This document shows, piece by piece, positions 1 to 14,885 of a DNA stretch of 64,000 nucleotides. The notes below the pieces were generated by a model. The model was not told the origin of the DNA. It saw nothing but the letters and a program-made list of their open reading frames with translations, and ran no database searches. The first letter of the stretch is position 1. Each line of letters begins with the position of its first letter. A program made the translations under genes and the position numbers. The stretch is from Eledone cirrhosa. Taxonomy: Eukaryota. The DNA is taken from assembly GCA_964016885.1 (NCBI GenBank), contig OZ024742.1:29512001-29576000 (forward strand), written 5' to 3'.

Positions 1-58
1 TATATTATTGATATATATATGTATATGTATATATATACAGTCACATGCATATATATAT

Positions 59-122
<64 letters not shown>

Positions 123-362
123 GTGTGTTTGAGTGCAAGTAGACAAAGAAAGCATTCAGTGTAGAAGCCGTTTACTAAGAGTTCATGCTCCAATTCACAT
201 GATTCCCAGTACAAATGGATTTAAATGTATTTCCATTTCACTACACAAATCATGTGATCACATTCTGTGGTGATTGGGGCTTGAGCCGAGATTATCTATA
301 ATCTTCGAAACCTACATCTGTATATAGAGAGATGTGTATGTGTTTATATGTATGTGTGTATA

Positions 363-391
<29 letters not shown>

Positions 392-394
<3 letters not shown>

Positions 395-464
395 CACATA
401 ATCGAGCTTATAAATGGCTGATAAAGAAACTTATTAAAAATACGACATTTCATGTGAGACAACC

Positions 465-468
<4 letters not shown>
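392..468 (-). mobile_element. Inverted copy of the mariner left end (TIR plus ~50 bp)
   Basis: Reverse complement TTTAGGTTGTCTCACATGAAATGTCGTATTTTTAATAAG...TCGATTATGTG matches 1246-1319 apart from a 3-nt indel. Confidence 0.9.
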
Positions 469-544
<76 letters not shown>

Positions 545-579
545 CATATATACATACATATATACATATATATATATAT

Positions 580-1222
580 TTAATACAATAACAGAGATAG
601 TTTAAAGCTAAACTCCGACTGGTAACCATCTCACTCAACAAACATTAGGTTATATGTTAGTATAAACCCAATTTAAGTGTTTGGGGTGCTAACTATATGT
701 ATTTTGTGGAAAGTCAGTTGTATTATTTTATGAGATATAATTAAAGTCAAAATATATCTCTCTTTCCAAACAATTGTTTCATTATAAGTTTTCTACAAAT
801 TGGGAGAATGTTTCCAGTTTATGTAGAAGCCTAACATATATTCATGTAAGAATATATTTAGGTGGACACTTATAAATCTTCAGTGGAAGCCCATTAAACT
901 TTGATATAAGAAAAAATTCTTACCGCAGTTAAAAATCGTGTCTGCTAAGCTGCTCCTTCACGCATCGAATGACCGCCAAATTTGAAATTCCAGCAGTCTT
1001 TTGACTGAGGAAGTATCATAGCGTCACTAAGCGGGAAAGGGAGACAACCACGATTCACGAGAAAAGAAAATAATAAACACGCGGGTTAATTAATTTTTTC
1101 AAAAACATTATCAATCCAACGTGTTAAGAACTCAATTGAAATTAAAAAAATAAATGTATGCGTGTATTAATTACACACGCATATAGACATTTTCTTAGGC
1201 TAAAAACAGAAGTGATACCCCA
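580..1222 (-). mobile_element. Non-coding HHR-bearing repeat (PLE-terminus/retrozyme-like), partial copy of the 995-bp unit at 62385-64000
   Basis: Closely colinear with 62385-63030 and 63380-64000; (TA)n on both sides. Confidence 0.75.
764..888 (-). ncRNA. Type I hammerhead ribozyme-like motif with branched stem II
   Basis: Minus strand reads TTCCA-CTGAAGA-T-TTATAAG...CTTATAA-T-GAAA-CAATTG-TT-TGGAA; stem I TTCCA/TGGAA, palindromic CAATTG, GUU triplet. Confidence 0.7.
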
Positions 1223-1246
1223 ATATATATATATATATATATATAT

Positions 1247-2476
1247 TTAGGTTGTCTCACATGAAATGTATTTTTAATAAGTTTCTTTATCAGCCATTTA
1301 TAAGCTCGATTATGTGTATGCTTGTGTTTGATCTTAACTATCTTTTATTCCAGACAATATTACCATTCAAAATCGCTACCCACAATCCTATGACAATGTG
1401 GCAATTGAACAATACCGAGTGGTTTTCTTGTATGAATACAAGCTGGGTCACTCGGCCTCAGAAGCCCTACGAAACATTAAGCGAGCTTTTGGTAACGATT
1501 CTGTTGACACCAGAACTGTCCAGAGATGGTTTCAAAGATTTCATTCATGAAATGAGAACTTTAAAAATGAACCGAGAGGGAGACACATATCAATAATTCG
1601 CCATGATGAATTGAACGCTTTGGTTAAACAAAATCCGAGAACAACGGTTCGAAAAATCTCATCTGTGCTCCAGACATCTCGCTCAGCTGTTTCTCGACAC
1701 CTGAAGAAAATTGGAAAAGTAAAAAAGATGGACAGGTTTGTTCCACATCAACTTTATGAGATTCAAAGAAACAGGCGTCTTACAATGTGCTCAAGGTTGG
1801 TTTCTCGGCTCGAGAGAGATCCATTTTTGCATCGACTCATTACGTGTGATGAGAAATGGATACTCTTCGATAACAGCAGAAGGACTGGACACTGGTTAGA
1901 TGCAGAAGAGTCACCGAAACACTACCCTAAACCACCATTGCACCCTAAGAAGTTGATGGTCACTGTATGGTGGTCTGCAAAGGGGATTATTCATTATTCA
2001 TTTTTTCAACAAGGCAATATTGTAACAGCAAGATCATATTGTCAGGAAATTGATCGTATGCATGAAAAAAGAAGCATCCCAGACTAGTGAATAGAGATGG
2101 CCCAATTTTGCTTCACGATAATGCAGGGCCTCACACCTCTCAAGCTACGGTCCACAAGTTGCAAATCTGAATTATGAAATTTTGCAACATCATCCCTATT
2201 CTCCTGAAATCTCTCTTACTGATTATCACTTATTTAAGCATTTTGAGCTTTTTATACGCAATAAAACATTCTTAAATAGAGAAGAGGTAATTGAAGCATT
2301 CGGACAGTTTGTCAGTGCAAAAGATGATAAATTCTTTGAAGATGGAATATATGCCTTAAAGGAACGTTGGGCGAAGGTCATATGTAAACAAGAATCATAT
2401 TTTGAATAAATTAAACACTTAAAAACAATTTTATTCTTTCCATTTCAAATACCACATTTCATGTGAGACAACCTAT
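1247..2476 (+). mobile_element. Mariner (Tc1/mariner) DNA transposon, ~1.23 kb, decayed
   Basis: TIRs TAGGTTGTCTCACATGAAATGT / ACATTTCATGTGAGACAACCTA, TA at the right junction, transposase remnants inside. Confidence 0.93.
1389..2409 (+). pseudogene. Mariner transposase pseudogene (Hsmar1/cecropia-like)
   Basis: HTH segment FLYEYKLGHSASEA...RTVQRWF, then FVPHQL, ITCDEKW, PKKLMVTVWWSAKGIIHYSF, LLHDNAGPH, HHPYSPEISLTDY, spread over several frames with stops. Confidence 0.9.
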
Positions 2477-2479
2477 TAA

Positions 2480-2735
2480 CGGAACAACCTTCTCAGGAAA
2501 TTAGCGTGCATGTGATTGAGTATTCCATAGACACCAGTAACCCTAACGTAGTTCTCAGGGAGATTCAGAGGGACACAGAGTGTGACAAGGCTGGCTCTTC
2601 CAATTACAGGTACAACACATTTTTGCCAGCTGAGTGGACTGGAACAACGTGAAATAAAGTGTCTTGCTCAAGGATACAATGAACCGCCGAGAATCATAGA
2701 CCGAATACCCTAACACCTAAGTCACGCGTCTTCAC
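2480..2735 (-). mobile_element. tRNA-derived SINE family 2 copy
   Basis: Reverse complement contains CCTTGAGCAAGACACTTTATTTCACGTT..CCAGTCCACTCAGCTG, shared with 6850-6930, 13840-14095, 26770-26930, 45780-46070 and 59735-59995. Confidence 0.6.
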
Positions 2736-3348
2736 AAGTATCAGGGGCGGTGGAACTTGGGCCCATGGTGGCCAGACCCTTACCCCAATAATTATATGTT
2801 TCTCCCCAAAACACCAAAACACACATCTATTTGTATATGCACTACAATTTATGTAGAAGTTATGTAGAGACGGATGGTAGAGATAGATATAGCGAAGAAG
2901 AGAGTTTGGTGGTAATTGATATAGAGAGGAAGGTTGGAAGAGCGCGTTGTATATTAGATATAGTGAGGGGGAGAGAGGAATTTGAAGAGAGTTGCGTGTA
3001 GTAGCTATAGAGGGGGGAAGAGTTTGGTATTAATTGATACAGAGAGGGGATAGGAAGAGAGTTCCGTGTAGTATATATACAGACGGGGAGAGTTTGGTGT
3101 TAATTGATATAGAGATGGGGATTGGGAGAGTATGTTGTATGTTTGATTGATAGAGAATGAGACAGGGGTGTGGGAATTCGGTAATTGTATAGTTTACGTT
3201 GGTAAAATATTCTTGTAATGTCCTCTTTTTTGTCGTATATAATGTTTCTGTAATGTAAAATAAAATAATTAGACCTGGAAGTACGTGAATTATTGACGGA
3301 CGTAAGAATGAAAACTCAATACCGAAGTAGAGTTTAAATATTCATTTA

Positions 3349-4318
3349 TCTCTATATATATAAAACAGAGGATGTCTGTCTGTGTAAATCCCTAAAACTC
3401 GAGAAGTACCGGACCGATTTTTTTCAAACTTTACACTTGCGTTACTTATATTTTTCGAAGAGCAATGGGCTAAATTTTAACTTTTTTTGCCCTAGGCGAA
3501 AAACCGCCTTTTTTAAGCCATTTTTAGGCTTTTTTCATGCGTAACTTAAATATGATACAGCCGATTTCCTCGAAATTTGCAGCACAGATTAGTTAGTCCC
3601 CTCGCATTCATGTGGACAAAACAAATTCCGATTCCATTAATGGTTTCTAGGAAATTTACGAATTAGCATTGGGCATTATATGCCATTTTCCTTTTCAATA
3701 TAAACGCTACTTAAACATTGTAAGTAGCGTATAACATCTCGTTAAAAATTTGGTTTATTTAACAGAGGACACAACACTTACTTACTTTTAAGCAGGACCA
3801 TTTTCAGGGGATTGGGGAAATGAGGAGGACCTTAAAATGTTTGTCGACGCCCTGTTGACACTTCGTGCTTTCATCACTCGCAAATCCGGACCCTGTGTAC
3901 GTTGCCGTGTTATTGACACCGTAAAACTCACGTCTGTGTTACTTCTACTAAGACCTGTTTTGTTGCTCCTACACTGCAGTATGAACGCGCTGCGCGGGTA
4001 CGCCGAACAGCGGTTGTGCTAATTCCGCGGTGACCCCTTTTGTCGTACCTTTGTTGCTGTGTAAACGCAACGTTTGTGCTAATTGCACTATGACCCCCTT
4101 CTGCTGCAGCTGCGTCGCCACGCTGATTTCGTCATCTCAATATCCCTACTTAAACGTACATCCCTACTTGGTTTTCACACAATTGAGTACGTCGCTCCTC
4201 AATCATTCCCTGAGAATAAGGGAATTCATAAAGTACACAGCTACATTCCTCAATATTTGCGTATGCGTGTTGCTATTTCACGTTTCCTACCCCGTGCAAC
4301 CCCGGATCCTGCAGCTAG
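3349..4318 (+). mobile_element. Non-autonomous Helitron-like element
   Basis: A|TC(TC)TATATATATAAAA 5' end; subterminal hairpin CCCGTGCAACCCCGG then CTAG|T 3' end; inserted between A and T; internal ~60-bp duplication near 4010-4110. Confidence 0.72.
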
Positions 4319-4399
4319 TTGGGGCTAAATGATGAGCCTTGTTACTCTAGATTTTCACCTACAAGATAATCAGACATGACTGGTGAGTGCGCAGGTGAA

Positions 4400-4980
4400 A
4401 TTACTAATATTTATATTTTTCTCTCCAAACAACCTTATAGGATCGATAAAATAAAGTACCAGTAACACAGAGGTGTTGATTTAATCGAATTTCAACTTCT
4501 CTTCAAATTGTTGACCTTGTACCTAAATCAGAAGCCATTATTACTATTAATAAGGGCAGTGGATTGGCAGTATCGATAGAGGTTCGGACGCTATGCTTTG
4601 CAGTATAGAGTTACGGCCCTTTAAGATCTGAGTTCAAATCCCGCCGAGGTTAACTTTGCCTTTCATCCTTACGGGGTCGATAAAATAAAGTACCAGTCAC
4701 GCACTGGGGTCGATTAAATCGACTTTCCCCTCCCCCCAAATTGTTGTCCTTGTGCCTATATAATAAACCATTATTACTATTAATACAAATGCGGTATGAG
4801 GGTGGGGTGACAGGTTCCAAGGAGGTTGGACAACAAGGTTTATGAGATATGGCTACGTACCTTTATGTTCTGAGTTCTAATCCCCCCGAGATTCGCTTTA
4901 ACTTTTAGATTTACGAGGTCGATAAAATAAAGTACCAGTAACACACTTGGGTCGATTTAATCGGCTTTCCCCTCCCTAAG
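4400..4980 (+). mobile_element. Three tandem tRNA-SINE family 1 copies
   Basis: A-box TGGCAGTATCG, B-box GAGTTCAAATCC, central TTTGCCTTTCATCCTTACGGGGTCGATAAAATAAAGTACCAG (Deu/Nin-like by recollection). The GATAAAATAAAGTACCAG core occurs three times. Confidence 0.75.
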
Positions 4981-5299
4981 ATGCTAGCACAAACAGCTTG
5001 ACTAAGTATACCGTCAATTTAAGCAAACAAACGTAATAATTTCAGTAACACTTTTTCTGGTTATACTTATATACACCTTTGTTGAACGTTGGGTGGCTTT
5101 GCTTATATATATATACAGATATATATATTCAGGTGTATAAATATATATATATAAATATATATATGTGTGTGTGTGTGTGCGTACATACATACATGCGTAC
5201 ATAGAAATATACACATTTATGCACATCAGTTCATTATGGTAAATATCAAAAAACGCGAGTTTGTAATCAGCATTTTTGTTTTGTTTCTATCTCCCTCCG

Positions 5300-6760
<1,461 letters not shown>

Positions 6761-6929
6761 TGTGTACAGGTCTGTTAACGTGGGCGTATTAGTGCATCTG
6801 CTATTTGGCTATTAATTGTAAGGTCTGAGTTCGATTCCCGGCAACGCCTTGTCTCCTTGAACAAAACACTTTATTTCACCTTGTCTCCTTGAGTAACACA
6901 TTATTTCACGTGGTCTCCTTGAACAAGAC

Positions 6930-7134
6930 ACCATCCCTAAGTTATTCCGGGTTGAATCGGAGGTAACCACAGTAAGTAAGGTACTCAATACATAGCAGAG
7001 TATAAAAGTTTTAATATAGAAGAGCTTCTACCGGACTAGAACTGTTTCATTCGTAAGAAATCATCAGGGAGACCCTGATGATTTCTCACGAATGAAGCAG
7101 TTCTAGTCCTGTAGAAGATCTTCTATATTAAAAC
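6930..7134. mobile_element. Fold-back element (family H) with HHR core at the hairpin apex
   Basis: Arms ~7008-7069 and 7073-7134; CTGATGA-T-TTC-4nt-GAA-T-GAAAC...GTC starts right after the centre; unpaired tail 6930-7007, also seen inverted at ~7925-7990. Confidence 0.7.
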
Positions 7135-7158
7135 ATATATATATATATATATATATAT

Positions 7159-7351
7159 AACGAAGGAAATGTGGTAAGGAACAAGGTGGACCATAACGCA
7201 CCAAAGTACTCAATACTTAGGGTAGTAGAGTGGTGGGTAATAGGAACAAGTAGGACCCCGATGGCTGAGCTCAAGCCGTTTCGACGGCTAATTCTGGTCC
7301 AGAATTAGCCGTCGAAACGGCTTGAGCTCAGCCGTCAGGGTCCTACTCGTT

Positions 7352-7356
<5 letters not shown>
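7159..7356. mobile_element. Fold-back element family B in (TA)n
   Basis: Centre CTGG-T-CCAG at ~7297; 3' half of an HHR (GAAACGGCT...AGCCGTC); ~80-nt tail; homologous to 28871-29065 and 57527-57666. Confidence 0.8.
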
Positions 7357-7394
<38 letters not shown>

Positions 7395-7397
<3 letters not shown>

Positions 7398-7572
7398 TTT
7401 GTTTTGCAAGGTTCTTTTATATGAAATCGTATCGTGAGACGGAGACAAGAAGAAATGAAGAAATAAATAGAAAAAAAATGGCGTGGACATTACAATACAA
7501 TACAATAGGAGGGAACATAATAATAGAACCATTGTTGATGTTGCAGATGTGCAACAAAAGAACTTTGATAGA

Positions 7573-7636
<64 letters not shown>

Positions 7637-7823
7637 TTTTAACCGTTGGTCAATCAATGCTAAACATTGATTGGCAAATAAATTAACTATGGAGATTAAC
7701 TATGGAGATATACAAGATACAGAAACGAAAACCAACCAAACAGTGAGTGTGTTCTGTTATTATTTCTGACAGCATTATTACAACAATATGACCCCCCCCC
7801 CCCCCCCCCAAGTATAACAATAT
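7395..7823. mobile_element. Family A element: inverted tail plus sense arm ending AAGTATAACAATAT
   Basis: 7395-7434 resembles the tails at 10955-10995 and 15895-15930; 7480-7823 matches 58260-58512 and 11880-12185. Confidence 0.7.
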
Positions 7824-8104
7824 ATATATATATATGATGATGATGATGATGATGATGATGATAATGATTTCCTTTGAATGAAACAGCTGTAGTCCTATAG
7901 AAGCCATTTCTATATTACACATTTATACTATACTCTGTTATGTATTGGGTAACTTACTTACTGTGGTTACGTCCGATTGAAGCTGGGATCTGTGTATAGA
8001 ACACTTCAATCACTAAACGATGATGCAATTAGGTTCAAGCACACTACGTCATGTGAATCGTTCCAATTGTGATGTGGTAGTCCATGACGCGATATACATA
8101 CACT

Positions 8105-8240
8105 AATTGTTTCTACGTTTGGCACAAAGGCCAGCAAATACCCAGTGCATTACTGGTACTGTATTTCATCGACGTCGTAAGGATGAAAGGCAAAGTTAAC
8201 CTCGGCAGGATTTGAACTCAGATCGTAAGGGGACGTAACT
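8105..8240 (-). mobile_element. tRNA-SINE family 1 copy
   Basis: AAGGATGAAAGGCAAAGTTAACCTCGGCAGGATTTGAACTCAG is the reverse complement of the family core. Confidence 0.75.
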
Positions 8241-8463
8241 ATGATGATTATTCCGACTAGATATAGATAATAATTCATTTTATTCATAATTTGTCATAAT
8301 ACATATTTCTGTGGCCATCAGGATTACTTAATACAGTCATCATATATATATGTGCGTGTGCGTGTGCGTGTGTGTGTGTAAGTATGTATGTATGTATATA
8401 CGTACGTATGTATATGTATGTATTTATATGTATGTGAGTATCTATGCACGTATGTTTGTATTT

Positions 8464-8495
<32 letters not shown>

Positions 8496-8644
8496 ATATA
8501 TAGGACTCCACCTCTACACTCCAATCAATGGTTTAGTGTGGATCAGTGAACATCGTCACTTGATGAATATTAAATGAACTGAGCAATTATCGCATTCATG
8601 TACTTCCATACATTCTATGCATCTCTCTTGCTCTCTCTCTCTCG

Positions 8645-8687
<43 letters not shown>

Positions 8688-8928
8688 TCTCTCTCTTTCT
8701 CTCTATCTCTCTGTATGTATACATATACATATATATATATATATTCTCGTTTATATTATCTTTCTATCTACCTATCTATCTACTTATCTATCTACCAATC
8801 CATCTATCTATCAACCTTTCTAACTATCTCTCTCTCTATCTACCTATCTATGTATCTATCTCTCTGTCTATCTATCTATCTGTCTATCTATTTAGCTATC
8901 AATCTATCCATCTACCTCCATCGTTCTT

Positions 8929-9022
<94 letters not shown>

Positions 9023-9023
<1 letters not shown>

Positions 9024-9818
9024 TAGCAGCAGTACCCATGGGTAGGTAAAATAATATCTGCTTTGATGAAGAGGTGTTGATCTTAGCGACTGCTTCTCGA
9101 TGAATAGTCTATGGCCACACACAGGCCATGGGAGGGTGATGATGACCTCTATCACTGAGAAACGCGGGTCACTGACGAAGGGGCATGGTGGGGGAGGGAG
9201 TTTCGAATTTGAACGAAATCGTTTGAAAAATGTGGGAGCTAGAGCCGAAAAGGCGGAAATTTGAGCGAAAAGGTGGTATTTTCGAATATTTAAGCGGCTG
9301 CTACGTCGTTCCTGAACAAAAATAAAACAAAATGTAAAGCCACTTTAAGATGTGAAATAATCATATCTAGCCTAGTGTAAAATTTGAACAAAGTAGATTG
9401 ATTAATGTGGCAGCGAGAGCCGAAGAAGTGGAAATTTGAGTCTAAAAGTGCATTTTTGAAAATTTAAGCGGCTGGCACGCCGTCCCTCACGACAAATGCA
9501 AAATATAAAGCCATTACAGGATGTTGAATAATAAATTCTATTTTGCTTTAAAATTTGAACGAAATCGGTGGCAAAATGTGGTAGCTAGGGCCAAAAATCT
9601 TATTTTTCGATACCTAAAAAATGGTGACCCCCCCCCCCATCAATTTTTATCTGCAGAATGACCCCGGAATAAAATAAACGATACGCTGATATATAGAAAA
9701 CACTCCCCGATGACTAATATATGAGCCTGCAAAGTTGCATGAAAATCGGTCGTAAGGTGTAGGCCCCTATAGGTAATACACAGACACACACACACACATA
9801 CTTAATTTTATATATACA
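9023..9818 (-). mobile_element. Non-autonomous Helitron-like element
   Basis: Minus strand starts near TATATATAAAATTAAGTATGTGTG and ends with the palindrome TACCCATGGGTA then CTAG|T; ~175-bp internal repeats (AATTTGAAC at ~9206, 9381, 9552). Confidence 0.6.
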
Positions 9819-10052
9819 CAGTATATACATATATATATATATATACAAACCAACTTTTTTAAATGGAAGTTGATCAATATTTTATGGTACGTCAAATTTA
9901 TTTATAAAACTGCTTATATATTGTATTTTATCTGAAGAAGGCATGCCATATTTTTAATATGGTATCCCTGAAATATGTATAATGAAATAAATATGGTTTT
10001 ATAAATATAGTTTCCATTTGTTTAATATCGTATATATATACGTATATATATA

Positions 10053-10099
<47 letters not shown>

Positions 10100-10103
<4 letters not shown>

Positions 10104-10485
10104 CGTTTCTGAATTTGTTTAGCAAGATTCTTTATCTGAAAACGTGTGTTGAAACCGATATTGTTATGCTTTGGGAGGGTCATGTTGTCAATAAGAAACA
10201 CACGCACCAGCAACTTTCACTTCAATTTATTATAAAATAAATTTATAAATTTCCGGTTGGTTGGTCGGTTCCACAACCAGACGATTGTTCATATATTGTC
10301 AAAGTTCTTTCGTCACACATTATGTGACCTCTTCAGTGACTGGGGATTCTTTTTTTTTTGTGCCTCTCCTTTGTTCTGTCCTACGCCAAACAAGATGGCG
10401 TAGGACAGAACAAAGGAGAGGCACAAAGTGAAAGTAACTGGTGCGTGTGTTTCTTATTGGCACATGACCCTCCCAAAGCATAACA

Positions 10486-10489
<4 letters not shown>
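10100..10489. mobile_element. Fold-back element family A
   Basis: Outer arms 10158-10209 and 10440-10489, inner hairpin ~10356-10427, tail 10100-10157 nearly identical to 36039-36096. Confidence 0.8.
10298..10340 (-). ncRNA. Minimal hammerhead-like motif
   Basis: GTCA-CTGAAGA-G-GTCACA-taatg-TGTGAC-GAAA-GAAC-TT-TGAC; stem I GTCA/TGAC. Confidence 0.65.
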
Positions 10490-10558
<69 letters not shown>

Positions 10559-10890
10559 TAAATATCTTTAAGTCGTTTGGAAGCCTCGACAATGCAAATG
10601 GGTAAATCTCCGGGTAACAAGGTCCGGTGGTGGAGAGAGAGATGTAAGTGGGTGTACGTTGAGATGCGTGGTGTGTATAAGATGTGTGAGATGTGTAGAA
10701 TGAAGGGAAGAGTGTAAAGGATAAAAATAAAAATAACAACACAAGAGAGAGTTACCTTGGGAGAGATTTAATAGTCCCTATATATTTCGGATTCACATCC
10801 ATCAACTGGGGTTTTTTCCGGGGTGGGGGAAAAGGTTGTCTGTCGGACAAGTCCGGAACGCGTCTTTCGCTGTTTGTTGTTTTGAATATC

Positions 10891-10936
<46 letters not shown>

Positions 10937-10949
10937 GTATATATATATA

Positions 10950-12177
10950 GGCGATGAATTAGTTTTGCGAGGTTTTTTATATGAAATCGTGTGTCGAAAC
11001 AGATATTGTTATATTTGGGGAGGGTCATATTTGCGTAATATTGCCAGAATTAATAACAGAACACACTCACTGTTTGGTTGGTTTTCGCTTCTCGCTGTCT
11101 TTTATATATATCTGCGATCTAACTTACTCGGTCCTCAATGTTGCCATTGACTGACCGGCGGTCAAAAATAATACAGATACAATATAGACACAAACTCATA
11201 TATATAGTTTACATAATTTACATAAATCTTTCGTTGCACATCTGCAACATCGTCAGTGGTGTTATATTCATTGTTCCTCCTGTTGTGTTGTATGTCTACG
11301 CCATTTTTTTTTTGTTCAGTCTGTCTATATATTTATTTATTTATTTGCTTGTTTGTTTATCTTATTTTATTTTGTCTTCTTTGCGCATGCGTTTGCGTGT
11401 GTATATAGTGTGATGTGTGACTAGTGTGTATAGTGTTGTGTCTGCTGGGTGACTAGTGTGTGTTTATGTGCTTGTGTATGTATTTATTTATCTTATTTTA
11501 TTTTATTTTATTTACTTATTTATACTTCTCTTAGGTCAGTGTTGTTTGTTTGGGTGTTGTTGTTCCACTCATTCTTTCTGTTTAGCTTACCAAAGCTAAA
11601 CAGAAAGAATGAGTGGAACAACAACAACACCCAAACAAACAACACTGACCTAAGAGAAGTATAAATAAGTAAATAAAATAAAATAAAATAAGATAAATAA
11701 ATACATACACAAGCACATAAACACACACTAGTCACCCAGCAGACACAACACTATACACACTAGTCACACATCACACTATACACACACGCAAACGCATGCG
11801 CAAAGAAGACAAAATAAAATAAGATAAACAAACAAGCAAATAAATAAATAAATATATAGACAGACTGAACAAAAAAAAAATGGCGTAGACATACAATACA
11901 ACAGGAGGAACAATGAATATAACACCACTGACGATGTTGCAGATGTGCAACGAAAGATTTATGTAAATTATGTAAACTATATATATGTGTTTGTGTCTAT
12001 ATTGTATCTGTATTATTTTTGACCGCCGGTCAGTCAATGGCAACATTGAGGACCGAGTAAGTTAGATCGCAGATATATATATATAAAAGACAGCGAGAAG
12101 CGAAAACCAACCAAACAGTGAGTGTGTTCTGTTATTAATTCTGGCAATATTACGCAAATATGACCCTCCCCAAATAT

Positions 12178-12185
<8 letters not shown>
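10950..12185. mobile_element. Large family A fold-back: ~590-bp arms, 4-nt loop (11589-11592), ~50-nt tail
   Basis: 11003-11588 is the near-perfect reverse complement of 11593-12185 (mirror ORFs appear in the track); HHR core CTGACGA-T-GTTGCA..TGCAAC-GAAA at 11928-11955. Confidence 0.9.
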
Positions 12186-12218
<33 letters not shown>

Positions 12219-12417
12219 TATACAGTATATATATACCCTTCTCATCAGCTCTATCTCCAGTTGTCTCGTCATCACTTTTACATTCTCACTTTCTCCATCT
12301 CTCACCTTTTGTCTCTCTTTCTTTCTCTCTACCTCACACTCAATCACACACTTACATACAGACACACAAACACAGTTATTCTCTATCTTACACATACACA
12401 TACTTTCATTTCCTACC

Positions 12418-12511
<94 letters not shown>

Positions 12512-12513
12512 CA

Positions 12514-12562
<49 letters not shown>

Positions 12563-12994
12563 CACTCCCTCTCTGTCTCTCTTACCTCTCTTTCTGTCTC
12601 TCTTAACTATATCTCTCTCACACACACATACTCACACACACACACCTTCTCCTTCTCTCCTCTTTCCTTCTCGCTCTCTCACACAAACTCACTCTTCACC
12701 CTCTCCCTCCCACACACCCTCTCCTCTGCCTTCTTACCCGATTCACCTCTCGCCCACATACACACTCCCTCTATCACCCTCCGACTCTCCTCCTTACACC
12801 CCATTCATCCCTCACATTCTCCCCCTCTCCCCCTCCCCTCACTCATTAAGATAATGTAGTTAAAAATAAACAAAGAAATCTATCAAAGGAAAGAAAAATA
12901 AACAAAATAAAACATTGAAGAAATAAATAAATAAACAAGAGACGAACATCAAAGTTACAACTTCAAACAGAAGCAAATCACAACATAGATTTAT

Positions 12995-13118
12995 TACCAC
13001 CACTATTACTACTACTACTAGTACTACTGCTGCTGGTACTACTACTACTACTACTACTACTAGTATTACTACTACTGCTACTAGTACTACTGCTACTAGT
13101 ACTACTACTACTATGCTG

Positions 13119-13177
<59 letters not shown>

Positions 13178-13187
13178 GCTGCTGCTG

Positions 13188-13228
<41 letters not shown>

Positions 13229-13618
13229 GCTGCTACTACTACTACTACTACTACTACTACTGCTATTACTACTACTACTACTACTAGTATTACTACTACT
13301 ACTACTACTACTACTACTGCTACTGCTATTACTACTAGTATTATTACTACTACTACTACTGCTACTACTACTACTATTTCAACTGCTATTACTATAACTA
13401 CTACTACTACTGCAGCTACTGCTACTACTACTGCTGCTGCTACTACTACTACTACTAGTATTACTACTACTGCTACTAGTACTACTACTACTATGCTGCT
13501 ACTGCTACTACTACTACTACCACTACCACTAGTACTACTACCACTAGTACTACTACTACTATTACTACTACTACTGCTACTACTACTACTACCACTACCA
13601 CTACCACTAGTACTATTG

Positions 13619-13654
<36 letters not shown>

Positions 13655-13832
13655 GTAATATTACTACTACTACTACTACTACTACTACCACTAGTTCTAT
13701 TACTACTACTACTACTACTACTTCTACTACTATTACTACTACTACACCTGCTGCTGCTACTACTGTTGCTACTACAACTATTACTACTACTACCACCACC
13801 AGTAGTACTACTGCCACTACTACTAGTACTAC
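12995..13832. repeat. (CTA)n/(CTG)n trinucleotide tract
   Basis: Direct reading; source of the poly-L/V ORFs. Confidence 0.95.
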
Positions 13833-13837
13833 ACGAT

Positions 13838-14095
13838 GCGCGTGGCCTAGTGGTACGATCAAAATGTCAAAGGTTCGATTCCTGGGCTGGGTTGTGTGTT
13901 GTGTTCTAGAGCAAAACACTTCACGTTGCTCCAATATACTCAACAGAAAATGAATACCAGTAATAGCTGGGGGTTTAACCCTGTGATGGACTGTCATCCT
14001 GCCCAGTGGGGAGTCTTGTACTCTCAGTGGCTTAACGCCATGGAAACTAGGATAAACACCAGCCTGATGAACCCCCTGCCTCGAGACAGAGTTTA
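13838..14095 (+). mobile_element. tRNA-SINE family 2 copy
   Basis: A-box GTGGCCTAGTGG, B-box GGTTCGATTCC; homologous to 59735-59995. Confidence 0.7.
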
Positions 14096-14114
14096 GACAT
14101 TAGACTGGTACTAG

Positions 14115-14885
14115 TACCACAACACAGCAACAATAACAACAAACACATCAACAACAGGCGCCACCACCAACACCACCGACGCCATCATCATCACCACCTT
14201 CATCATCACCAGCATCACTATAAGCAGCAACACTACATCCACCACCACCACTACCGCCATCACCATCCACACGATCACCACCACCACCATCATCATCGCC
14301 ATCACCACCACCACTACGATCATCCTCATCACCACCGATATCACCAACACCACCACACTTCCTCCAACACCACAACCACCACCATCCCACCACCCCCACT
14401 TCCACCACCACCACCACCATCACCACCACCACTAACACAACCACCATCACCACCATCTTTAGTAACACTCCCACCAACACCAACACCGGCACCACTACTA
14501 GTAACACTCCCACCAACATCAAAACCACCACCATCACCACCACCAACAACACAAACACCACCATCATCACCATCAACACTACCACTAGTAACACCTCCAC
14601 TACCAACACCGCCACCACCATCACCACCACCGCCACCACTAACAACGCCCCCACTAGTTACACCCCCACCAACACCAACACCGTCCTCCAAGCCCCCCCC
14701 ACCCACACACACACCCGACCCCCCACCACCACCACTACCAACAACAACAACACCCCCACCACCAACGCAATCACCACTACCACCACCATCACCAACCACC
14801 ACCATCGCCACCACCACCATCACCACCACCATCACCACTACCACCACCATCGCCACCACCACCATCGTCGCCACCATCATTAACA
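14115..14885. repeat. (CAC/CAT)n low-complexity tract
   Basis: Direct reading. Confidence 0.9.

Noticed and set aside
4555-4650. tRNA genes at A/B-box sites
   Set aside because: No cloverleaf; they continue into SINE bodies.
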